From: Demequinaceae bacterium
Lineage (GTDB): Bacteria > Actinomycetota > Actinomycetes > Actinomycetales > Demequinaceae
Length of the DNA stretch: 32,000 bases
NCBI GenBank assembly: GCA_965250005.1
Contig: OZ252279.1
Span: forward strand, 1,470,001 to 1,502,000
Direction of reading: 5' to 3'
Shown here piece by piece: positions 16,855-26,059 of the stretch. The notes under the pieces are model-generated. The model had not been told where the DNA came from. It did not search any database and was given only the letters and a program-made list of their open reading frames with translations. Made by a program: the position numbers and the translations under genes. The stretch's first letter is position 1. Each line of letters begins with the position of its first letter.

Positions 16855-17504
16855 GAGTGACGGTGCTCCTGGTCGCGATCCCCGCACGGGTTCACGGTCT
16901 TTGAGTCGAACATTGCCGGGCAGCGTACCAAGTTGACGGACCCAAACTCAGGCCTGTCGACCTACACGTATGACTTGAACGGTCAGACTTTGTCTGTGGA
17001 TTCCGAGACGGGTCTCATCACGATGGCCTACGACGCACTCGGTCGCATGACAGATCGCACCACACTTGAGCCGGACGACACCACCGTGTCTTCGTCTGCG
17101 GCATGGGAATTCGAAAACGAACTCGACGTTGCCGCCCCCACGGGTGCACTGAAATCGTCCACAGCTACCACGGTCATTGATGCCACGACCACTTTTGTGA
17201 CTGTGCAAGCCACCGACACGTGGGACACGTTGGGGCGGCCCACAGCCACCACAACCCATCTTCCGCAAGACACGGTTTCTACAGATCCGGCATATGTGAC
17301 GGACGCGTCCAGTTTGGGTGAACTTGCTGGCACCGACTACACGCGCACCGTCACCTACGACGAGCTGTCTCGTCCCACGGTGACACTGCCTGCCATTGCA
17401 GGCCTGCCAGCACAAACCATTGTGAACGGTTACAACCGGTTCGGAACACCAGTGACTGAACCGCCCTGGGTTTTGTTCCGATCTCTATTTGAGAGGATCG
17501 GATC

Positions 17505-17822
17505 ATGCCAAAGAGATATCCAGAGGAGTTCAAGGCCCGCGCGGTCAGGCTCGTTGACGAAGCGGTCGGCGAGGCAGGTGCCAGCGAAACGGATGCCATG
17601 TCGAGGGTTGCTACCCGTTTGGGGGTGTCAACGGAGTCTGTTAGACGGTGGCGTCGCCAGGCTCGTGTTGATTCGGGCATCGAGCGGGGCGTGACGAGTG
17701 AGGAGTCGACGGAGATGCGGCGGCTACGTCGCGAGAACACTGAGTTGAGGCGTGCAAACGAAATATTGCGGACTGCGTCAGCGTTTTTTGCAGCGGAACT
17801 CGACCGCCCCACGACGAAATGA
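17505..17822 (+). CDS. IS3-family transposase OrfA
   Basis: MPKRYPEEFKARAVRLV..VSTESVRRWRRQ..EMRRLRRENTELRRANEILRTASAFFAAELD. Confidence 0.88.
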   Translation: MPKRYPEEFKARAVRLVDEAVGEAGASETDAMSRVATRLGVSTESVRRWRRQARVDSGIERGVTSEESTEMRRLRRENTELRRANEILRTASAFFAAELDRPTTK

Positions 17823-18730
17823 TTCGATACATCGATGAGTATCGGGATCAATTCGGGGTTGAGTTCATTTGTCGCACACTTGCTGCGACACCCGGTGGGT
17901 TCATTACCTCGCGCGGCTATCGGGCCGCGAAGTTTCGGCCTCGCTCCGACAGATCAATTCGGGACGAGCAGGTCGGTGAGGCCCTGACCCAAATTCATGC
18001 TGCTAACTATTCGGTTTACGGGGTGCGTAAAATGTATGCGGCGATGCGTAGGGCCGGCTGGGATGTGGGCCGCGACCAGGTGGCCCGCCTCATGCGCAAG
18101 AGCCATTTGCGTGGGGTTAGCCGTGGCAAGAGAGTCTTCACGACCGTTACGGACCCTGCCTCGATGCGACCAGCTGACTTAGTGGAGCGGCGCTTCACCG
18201 CTAGTGGTCCGCGTGAGCTTTGGGTCGCGGACATCACCTATGTGGCCACATGGAATGGCTTCGCCTACACCGCTTTCGTCACCGACGTCTTCAGTCGCAA
18301 AATCGTCGGCTGGGCAGTATCCAGTTCGTTAACTACCCAGTCGTTGCCGTTACAGGCACTCGAGATGGCTGCCTTCATCAACGACACTGGGGAAGGTCTC
18401 ATCCATCACAGCGATATGGGCACGCAATATGTGTCCCTGGCTTACTCCGACCGCCTCACCGACCTCGGCATCACCGCTTCTGTCGGATCCCGTGGAGACA
18501 GTTACGACAACGCCCTAGCCGAGTCCGTCAACGCCGCCTACAAAGCCGAACTGATTCGTGCTCGAAAGCCCTGGCGAACCATCGAGCAAGTCGAGTTCGC
18601 AACCCTGGAATGGGTCCACTGGTTCAACACCGCCCGACTCCACGAAAACCTCGGCCACCGAACCCCAGCAGAAATCGAAACCGAGCACTACGCTCAAACC
18701 CAGAGGGCATCAGCCCTCACAACCACCTAG
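17819..18730 (+). CDS. IS3-family transposase OrfB (DDE)
   Basis: 303 aa with DDE contexts WVADITYV, HHSDMGTQY and YDNALAESVN. Lies in the -1 frame relative to OrfA. Confidence 0.9.
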   Translation: MIRYIDEYRDQFGVEFICRTLAATPGGFITSRGYRAAKFRPRSDRSIRDEQVGEALTQIHAANYSVYGVRKMYAAMRRAGWDVGRDQVARLMRKSHLRGVSRGKRVFTTVTDPASMRPADLVERRFTASGPRELWVADITYVATWNGFAYTAFVTDVFSRKIVGWAVSSSLTTQSLPLQALEMAAFINDTGEGLIHHSDMGTQYVSLAYSDRLTDLGITASVGSRGDSYDNALAESVNAAYKAELIRARKPWRTIEQVEFATLEWVHWFNTARLHENLGHRTPAEIETEHYAQTQRASALTTT

Positions 18731-20988
18731 GAACGAAACCCAGGGCGGTTCAGACATTGGACGTGTTGAATAACCCAGGTGCGTCGCAAACGGTGACACC
18801 TATTGTGACCGGTGTTGGTTTGGATGAGTTGGGTCGGTTGACGTCCCGGTCCTATGCAAACACCGTGGACAGGTTGATTCAGTACGACGCCCAGTGGGGT
18901 GCACCGGAACGTATCGCAGCAGTGTTTGATCCGGGTACAGGTGACATTGCCATCCAAGATGATGTGTTTACACGGGACGATGTTGGCCGCGTGACGTCGA
19001 TTCAAGACGATTCAACATATGAATCAGCGAACCCGCATGAGGCCCAATGTTTCGTTTATGACGGTCACAACCGGCTCGCAAATGCGTGGACTGAAGCTAC
19101 AGATGGATTCACGGGCACGTGTGACGCTTTCCCGACGTTGCCGACCACTCAGACTGAGTGGGATGCGAGTGCATGGGCTGCGTCTGCTGGACCGTACGCA
19201 ACCACCTGGGAGTATTCAGATTCGGGTCGGATTGAGTCCATCACGAACCTCATCGAGGATGGCTTGTCAGGTTCCACAGAATCGGTGCAAGCCTTCGAAT
19301 ATGACTCCGACGGTAATGGCACAGAATTGTCGGCAAACGATTTGCCGCATGCGGTTTCCGGTGTCGACAACGATGGCGACAGCACTGTCGATGACACGTT
19401 CGAATATGACACGGCTGGACGTCAAACGGTTCGCACTGTCGACGGGGTTACGTCCACGTTGACGTGGGATGTGTCATCCAACCTTGTCAAAGCCGTCGTC
19501 GATGACGGCACCAATGAAACCACCTGGGTGTATGTGTATGACGCATCCGGGCAGCGCGTCACAAAGATTCAACTCGATGGGTCAACTCCGGTAGATGCGA
19601 CTGCATATTTTGGTGAAACTGAAGTCACCGATACAGACACCAATAATGACGGTGCATCAGACGTGACTGCTGTCCGGTACTACGCATTTGGTGGTGCCAC
19701 GGTTGCGATCGAGCAGTCTGTTGAACACCCCACCAGCCCCACCGTGGACCTGTTCTACCTGTTTGGTGACTTCCAAGGCTCCGCACAGGTGATGATGTCT
19801 GATGCGAGAGACGTCAACGGTGACGCCGACCCAGCAAACGCAACAATCCTGCGCAACGCCTACACCCCCTATGGGGCACAGCGTTCGATAGATGTTGACG
19901 TCGACACCAACCCCGACCCAAACTTGCCTACCGAACGTGGCTGGCTATCCCAAGTCAGGGACGAAGCCACCGACACGGCAGGCACGTTAGGCACAGGGCT
20001 GACATATTTGAACGCCCGCTACTACGACCCGGTAACAGCACGCTTCCTATCCCCAGACCCACTCATGAACCCCCAGGACCCGCGCACGTTGGATCCGTAC
20101 ATGTATGCGGCCAACAACCCGATCCTCTTCCAGGACGCTACAGGCTTGTGCTACGGGCTGATAGGTCAGGCAATGGCAACATGCCAACAAGACAAAACGG
20201 CCGCATGGACGACGTTCACCAAAGCACAAGTGCCGACCACACCAAAGTACAAGGACCTTCCGGAGTCGGTGCAACAGAGCATGTGTGCCAGCGGTGAGGT
20301 TACCGGACACGCATGCAACGCTGACGTCACCAAGGATGATTTTGACCAGTCGATCGGATTCACCGAGGGTCTAGGAATCGTCGGAAACGGGTTCACGAAC
20401 CTTGGGGCAGGAGTTGTTGATGGAGTGACGGGCACCCTGGACCTTGCGGTAGATGTTGTCGCAAACCTTGGTCGACCGTGGTGCACTGGCGACGTTCTCG
20501 GTATTACGAGCGGGACCTGGGGGTGCGTTGATGTAACGGACATAGCCAAAATAGGGGTGGTCGGAGACCCGGACGTATACGGGCTCGTTCACGCATACGG
20601 CACCGTTTTGGGTTCGACGGCAACTCTTGCTGGCGGCGGCGCCGCGATTGGCGCGGGCAGGGCTGGTAGCGCGACCATCGCTACGGAAGTAAATCTTCCG
20701 CGATCCCTCACGCCCTTCTGGCGGACTTCCCCAACTACGTCGGCCGCTTTGCGCGCAAATCCAATTATTGGCGAGGCGGGTAAGTTTGCGCCATTTGCGC
20801 GCGGAGGGTGGCTCAACAACAACAACTATCTGCGAACGGGTTGGAGTTGGATGGGGACCAATGCCTCTGGCACTAACGTTTTTCGTACGGCGATTGGAAA
20901 CAACTCGATAGGGAAAATCCACCTGAATTGGTTCACGTAGACACCTGGGCATCAGATACTGTGATTGCCGACCACGAAAGGGCACCGG

Positions 20989-21405
20989 ATGGGCGCAAAA
21001 AGCCAATACTTCGATCTCACAATCGACGAGATATCTCGCCATTTTGAGGTGCGCGAGCTTGAGCCAAGCCCGGATGGGCCGCTGCGTGCAGTGTCTGTGC
21101 GCAATGCTGGCGATGGCGGAAGGACGTGCGAGGTCAACACGCCGGACGGATACGAAGCGCATGTTTATGCCGAGGGACTCCATTTTGACGATACGTTGCG
21201 AGGCGCAGCGTCAACACATGTCGTCCGTCTTGTGCGCGGGTACATGGAGAATGGCGCGACCGAGAGCACTCGCCGCCGCTGGTTTGGTGTCGTTCGCGTC
21301 GTCAGCGTGGATACGCCGGGTGGGGCAACCTACAACCTCGAGGAGTGGGGCCCCTTTTCTCGCGTCCGCGTGACCGATGCCCGGCGGCCGAGCGAGGGCG
21401 ATTGA
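20989..21405 (+). CDS. Candidate immunity protein for the O1 tip
   Basis: The ATG at 20989 follows AAAGGG (the ORF track opens at a TTG at 20965). 138 aa, 48 bp after the O1 stop, same strand. No recognisable family (MGAKSQYFDLTIDEISRHFEVRELEPSPDG..). Confidence 0.5.
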   Translation: MGAKSQYFDLTIDEISRHFEVRELEPSPDGPLRAVSVRNAGDGGRTCEVNTPDGYEAHVYAEGLHFDDTLRGAASTHVVRLVRGYMENGATESTRRRWFGVVRVVSVDTPGGATYNLEEWGPFSRVRVTDARRPSEGD

Positions 21406-21547
21406 GCCCGCGGACCCTTCTGCTGGACTATTCGACCAACGGATCAGTGGATCCGGTGCAATAATTCAAGTACGACTTTGACGGCGACATTTTCGGAATT
21501 GCGGCCACCGGAGAAGTGTATCGCCCCGGGTTTGGTGGAGGCTTTCA

Positions 21548-21889
21548 TTGCAGGGAAGGATGAGGACTATGGGAGCACCGAGGAAGTATTCGCCGGAACT
21601 TAGGGAGCGGGCGACACGGTTGGCGCTTGATGCGAGACGGGACCCGGCGACGAGCCGGGGGTCGATGGCGAGGATTGCTGACCAGTTGGGGATCCATCGG
21701 GAGTCGTTGCGGACGTGGGTGAGGCGCGCGGAGGTGGATGGGGGGCATCGTCCGGGGACCACGACCGATGATGCGTCGAGGATCGCGGTGTTGGAGCGTG
21801 AGGTTCGAGAGTTACGTCGAGCGAATGCGATCTTGAAGAGTGCTTCGGCTTTCTTCGCGGCGGAGCTCGACCGCCCACCGACACGATGA
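21548..21889 (+). CDS. IS3-family transposase OrfA
   Basis: ..GAPRKYSPELRERATRLAL..IHRESLRTWVRR..VLEREVRELRRANAILKSASAFFAAELD. Identical to the protein encoded at 28015-28356 (minus strand). Confidence 0.88.
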   Translation: MQGRMRTMGAPRKYSPELRERATRLALDARRDPATSRGSMARIADQLGIHRESLRTWVRRAEVDGGHRPGTTTDDASRIAVLEREVRELRRANAILKSASAFFAAELDRPPTR

Positions 21890-22803
21890 TCACCTACATT
21901 GACGAGAACAAGGATGTCTTCGGGGTCGAGCCGATCTGTGCACAGTTGCCGATCGCCCCAGCGACGTACTATGCGGCCCGGTCGCGGCCGCCGTCGGTCA
22001 GAGCCGTCCGGGACGCGGGTCTTCTCGTCTTGATCCGTGAAATCCATGCCGAGAACTACGGTGTGTATGGGGTACGGAAAGTCCATGGTGAACTGGTTCG
22101 GCGAGGTCACCGGGTTGCTCGGTGCACCGTAGAACGTCTCATGCGTCGGAAGGGTTTGCGAGGTATTGCCCGGGTGAAGTCTCCTCGCACGACAATCCCT
22201 GGGGGCGAAACGGAACGTCCCTTGGACCTCGTGGATCGCCAGTTCAGGGCCGAACGTCCTGACCAGTTGTGGGTCGCGGACATCACCTACATTCGCACCT
22301 TCAGTGGCTGGGCTTACGCAGCGTTCGTGATCGATGTGTGCTCCCGACGGGTCGTCGGCTGGCAACTGTCGACGTCGCTACGCACCGACCTGGCTTTGGA
22401 TGCCTTAGAGATGGGGTTGTGGTCGCGGCATCGTGACGGGCGAGACGTGACTGCTCTGATTCATCACAGTGACAGGGGCGTTCAATATCGAGCTATCCGC
22501 TACACGCAACGCCTCTGCGAGGCGGGTGTCGTCGCTTCCGTCGGTTCCCGCGGCGACTCCTACGACAACGCCCTCGCGGAAGCCTTCAACTCGCTATTCA
22601 AAGCCGAGCTGGTCCGAAACCGGGGGCCCTGGAGATCCATCACCGACCTCGAGATCGCGGTCGTCGAATATATCGACTGGTTCAACCACCGACGCCTCCA
22701 CGGCGAGATTGGACACGTCCCACCAGTCGAATACGAGCAAGCCCACTACGCTTCACAGAACAACCCCGCGCCGAACCCGGAGCGGGCATTCACGAGTCTC
22801 TAA
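21886..22803 (+). CDS. IS3-family transposase OrfB (DDE)
   Basis: 305 aa with DDE contexts WVADITYI, HHSDRGVQY and YDNALAEAFN. I see two differences from the copy at 27101-28018 (HAENYG vs HAKNYG; RRKGLRG vs RREGLRG). Confidence 0.9.
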   Translation: MITYIDENKDVFGVEPICAQLPIAPATYYAARSRPPSVRAVRDAGLLVLIREIHAENYGVYGVRKVHGELVRRGHRVARCTVERLMRRKGLRGIARVKSPRTTIPGGETERPLDLVDRQFRAERPDQLWVADITYIRTFSGWAYAAFVIDVCSRRVVGWQLSTSLRTDLALDALEMGLWSRHRDGRDVTALIHHSDRGVQYRAIRYTQRLCEAGVVASVGSRGDSYDNALAEAFNSLFKAELVRNRGPWRSITDLEIAVVEYIDWFNHRRLHGEIGHVPPVEYEQAHYASQNNPAPNPERAFTSL

Positions 22804-22821
22804 CAAACCCGGGGCGATACA

Positions 22822-23590
22822 CCTGCAATCTTGGTGCGCCACGCAGGCATGCTGGGAGCAGTCTCGCCCCGATTCGCAGCGACAAATTGCGTGGGATGCG
22901 CTCATGGCATCTCCAAAGAACAAGGCGACCCTCGTGGCCGGGCAGGGCAACGGCATCGTAAGGGGTGTTTGGGGGGCGGTGACATATGCTCCGAGTAAGG
23001 CGTTCGAGGGCCTCGCATGTTTTTTCATGTCTGGCCCGAATGGGTGCCGCGAGTACCAAAAGAACGTGGCGCAAGTGCAACGGGACGAAGCAAGTGAGCT
23101 GGCTACTAATTGGTGGGGCAGCACCCGATCGGCAGCTAGCGTGGCGTCGGGCTCGAAGAGCCTCGACGACCACTGGGCGGATACGTTGCCGTGGGTACGC
23201 GAGTACACTTACGGTCCTGGACTTGACGCGTTTGACAGGCAGGACTTCTTCACAGTGGGCACGGAACTTGGCAAGGGCGAAGTACTTGTTGCAAGTATCG
23301 CCTTCGGAGTTAGGAAACTGCCATCATTGCGAAGCTCAAGTTCGACTCGCGCGCTGTCAGTGTCGGACCAACGTGGCGTGGCATCGTTGCAGCGTAGAAT
23401 GCAGGAGCATCAAATCAAGTTGAGAGAGTACGTTGCCGACCCTAGGTCGTTCGACAATACTGGACGCCTCGCCGGAGCCCAGACCGCAGCAATTGAAGAA
23501 CTCATCATCGCTGGACGCATTCGTACTTTGGAACACGATATTCGAGTCTTCCAAACACAGATCGACGACATCCTTGGAGCAGGGCAATGA
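22822..23590 (+). pseudogene. Orphan toxin tip O2, cut off from any rhs core by IS copy A
   Basis: The frame is open from the IS junction. It reads (G)LQSWCATQACWEQ.., the same position and style as GLCYEFAGSERAACE and GLCYGLIGQAMATCQ in the other copies. About 256 aa, ending ..HQIKLREYVADPRSFDNTGRLAGAQTAAIEELIIAGRIRTLEHDIRVFQTQIDDILGAGQ. The upstream part of ORF 22469-23590 is only an alternate frame of the transposase gene. Confidence 0.7.
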
Positions 23591-23886
23591 CAGACCAAAT
23601 TAGAATCAGTATCGAACTTCTGGAGCGCGTCTACCCAATTCTTATCAGTCACCTGCGGGAGATCGAAGGAGAAGAGGTCAGTCTGGAAGATGATTACTTC
23701 TGGTCGATTCCTCGAGACCAAATTGGTGCCGTCGAAAGCTCCCCGACCGACCTCAACATAGGTCAAATCTCGGAATGTCTGGAGTGGCTATCAGGAATCG
23801 AGGAAAACTCTGAGGGTGCGCTGACGTATCACCTAGTTTGGCTGGCGGATGTGCTCCGGGCCATCGGCTATGCGGTTGTCAAATGA
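23587..23886 (+). CDS. Candidate immunity protein for the O2 tip
   Basis: 99 aa, acidic. Its start overlaps the O2 stop (ATGA at 23587-23590) and follows GGAGCAGGG. Noticeably AT-richer than its surroundings: I count 25 G/C in its first 60 nt. Confidence 0.6.
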   Translation: MTDQIRISIELLERVYPILISHLREIEGEEVSLEDDYFWSIPRDQIGAVESSPTDLNIGQISECLEWLSGIEENSEGALTYHLVWLADVLRAIGYAVVK

Positions 23887-23958
23887 GACGGTGCGGGCTC
23901 GTGCGCGGCTACGAATCAAGCGGTGGGCGCTTGCGATTTCGTGACTGACGCAAACGTC

Positions 23959-26059
23959 GTGGGGTGCACCGGAACGTATTGCAGCAGTGTTTGATCCCGG
24001 TTCGGGTGACGTTGCGATCCAAGATGATGTGTTTACACGGGATGATGTTGGCCGCGTGACGTCGATTCAAGACGATTCAACATATGAATCGGCAAACCCA
24101 CATGAAGCCCAATGTTTCGTCTATGACGGCCACAACCGGCTCGCAAACGCCTGGACTGAAGCAACAGATGGATTCACGGGCACGTGTGACGCTTTCCCGT
24201 CGTTGCCGACCACTCAGACTGAGTGGGATGCGAGTGCATGGGCTGCGTCTGCTGGCCCGTACGCAACCACTTGGGACTATTCGGATTCGGGTCGGATTGA
24301 GTCCATCACGAACCTCATCGAGGATGGCTTGTCAGGTTCCACAGAATCGGTGCAGGCCTTCGAATATGACTCCGACGGTAATGGCACAGAATTGTCGGTA
24401 AACGATTTGCCGCATGCGGTTTCCGGTGTCGACAACGATGGCGACAGCACTGTCGATGACACGTTCGAATATGACACCGCTGGCCGTCAAACGGTTCGCA
24501 CTGTCGACGGGGTTACGTCCACGTTGACGTGGGATGTGTCATCCAACCTTGTCAAAGCCGTCGTCGATGACGGCACCAATGAAACCACCTGGGTGTATGT
24601 GTATGATGCATCCGGGCAGCGGATCACAAAGATTCAACTCGATGGGTCAACTCCGGTAGATGCGACCGCATATTTTGGGACTACCGAAGTCACCGACACC
24701 GATACAAGTGCTGATGGTGCTTCAGACGTGACTGCTGTCCGGTACTACGCATTTGGTGGTGCCACGGTCGCCCTCGAGCAGTCGACTGAACACCCCACCA
24801 GCCCCACCGTGGACCTGTTCTACCTGTTTGGTGACTTCCAAGGCTCCGCACAGGTGATGATGTCTGATGCTCGAGACGTCAACGGTGACGCCGACCCAGC
24901 AAACGCAACAATCCTGCGCAACGCCTACACCCCCTATGGGGCACAGCGTTCGATAGATGTTGACGTCGACACCAACCCCGACCCAAACCTGCCCACCGAA
25001 CGTGGCTGGCTATCCCAAATCACCGACGAAGCAACCGACACCGCAGGTACCCTCGGCACTGGGCTGACATATTTGAACGCCCGCTACTATGACCCCGTAA
25101 CGGCACGCTTCCTATCACCAGACCCACTCATGAACCCCCAGGACCCGCGCACGTTGGATCCGTACATGTATGCGGCCAACAACCCGATCCTCTTCCAGGA
25201 CGCTACAGGCTTGTGCTACGGGCTGATAGGTCAGGCAATGGCAACATGCCAACAAGACAAAACGGCCGCATGGACGACGTTCACCAAAGCACAAGTGCCG
25301 ACCACACCAAAGTACAAGGACCTCCCGGAGTCGGCGCAACAGAGCATGTGTGCGAACGGTGAGGTCACCGGACACGCATGCAACGCTGATGTTACCTCGG
25401 ACGATTTTGATCAGTCGATTGGTTTTTCTGAGGGCGCAGCAATCGTCGGAAACGGGTTCGCGAACCTTGGCGCAGGAGTTGTTGATGGAGTGACGGGCAC
25501 CCTGGACCTTGGGGTAGATATCGTCGCGAACCTTGGCCGACCATGGTGCACCGGCGACGTCTTGGGCATCACCAACGGTACATGGGGGTGCGTTGACGTA
25601 ACGGACATCGCCAAAATTGGCGTCATTGGCGACCCAGGTGTATACGGGTTTGTCCACGCATACGGCACCGTTTTGGGTTCGACGGCAACTCTCGCTGGCG
25701 GCGGAGCCGCATTCGGCGCGGCCAGAGCGGGCATAACGGGAGCGACAGCGACCACAGTAGGCGGCTCCTCGTCGATAGTCTCCGCAGCGGCCGCCGGACG
25801 GGGTATGTACTCGCTTGGAAGTGCGACACAGGCGGCAACTCACAGAGCAGGGGCTGCTTGGGTCGGAGCTGGGGCGACTTGGAGCTCCAGCGGGCGCGCG
25901 CTCGTGGCCGCGAATCGATTGCGGCAGTACAGGCCGCCTAATTGGAAAGACAACTGGGGACAGTGGCAGGCGAATTTCGAATCTCGGGGGCTTCCAACGG
26001 GCCCCTGGGTGAATAATGGCCACATGACCGTTACAAATATTCCGCCGGTGTTGCCATGA
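23959..26059 (+). pseudogene. Orphan rhs 3' fragment O3 with a third alternative toxin tip
   Basis: Colinear with the main gene from about 14453 onward (..WGAPERIAAVFDPGSGDVAIQDDVFTRDDVGRVTSIQDD.. through ..DPYMYAANNPILFQDATGL). The tail starts at 25214. It shares its first ~165 aa with the O1 tail, then diverges. No signal peptide or N-terminal domains. Confidence 0.88.

Larger units (their letters stand above)
17457..18752 (+). mobile_element. IS3-family insertion sequence, type b (1296 bp), inserted in orphan O1
   Basis: 23-bp inverted repeats TGAACCGCCCTGGGTTTTGTTCC / GGAACGAAACCCAGGGCGGTTCA (one mismatch). 3-bp target duplication GAC (17454-17456 and 18753-18755). The uninterrupted target AGTGACATTGGA is present in the main gene. 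Confidence 0.92.
16893..20940 (+). pseudogene. Orphan rhs 3' fragment O1 with alternative toxin tip, split by an IS (rhs parts 16893-17456 and 18756-20940)
   Basis: Colinear with main-gene 13751-16496 and near identical (MTDPNSGLSTYTYDLNGQT..NRFGTPVT | LDVLNNPGASQTVTPIV..DPYMYAANNPILFQDATGL), followed by a different 263-aa tail from 20149. No start codon, signal peptide or N-terminal two thirds. Removing the IS and one GAC copy restores the frame. Confidence 0.9.
21517..22821 (+). mobile_element. IS3-family insertion sequence, type c, copy A (1305 bp)
   Basis: Inverted repeats TGTATCGCCCCGGGTTTG / CAAACCCGGGGCGATACA. An inverted near-identical copy lies at 27083-28387. The flanks (AAG on the left, CCT on the right) show no target duplication. 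Confidence 0.9.

Noticed and set aside
18220-20940. A single 906-aa ORF in the track.
   Set aside because: It is chimeric. Its first ~180 codons are an alternate frame of the IS type b transposase gene and IS end. Only the part after 18753 is real rhs sequence, as the main-gene alignment and the GAC duplication show.
21440-21455. Hairpin CGGATC-AGTG-GATCCG after the O1 immunity candidate, considered as a terminator.
   Set aside because: The stem is only 6 bp and no T-tract follows. That is too weak to call.
21466-21516. The stretch left of IS copy A translates as FKYDFDGDIFGIAATGE, which vaguely resembles a YD repeat. It was considered as another truncated rhs fragment.
   Set aside because: It is only ~17 codons and I could find no nucleotide similarity to the main gene. 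It cannot be told apart from chance.
22469-23590. A 373-aa ORF in the track.
   Set aside because: The first ~118 codons read through the transposase OrfB of IS copy A in another frame. Only 22822-23590, after the IS end, is the toxin tip.
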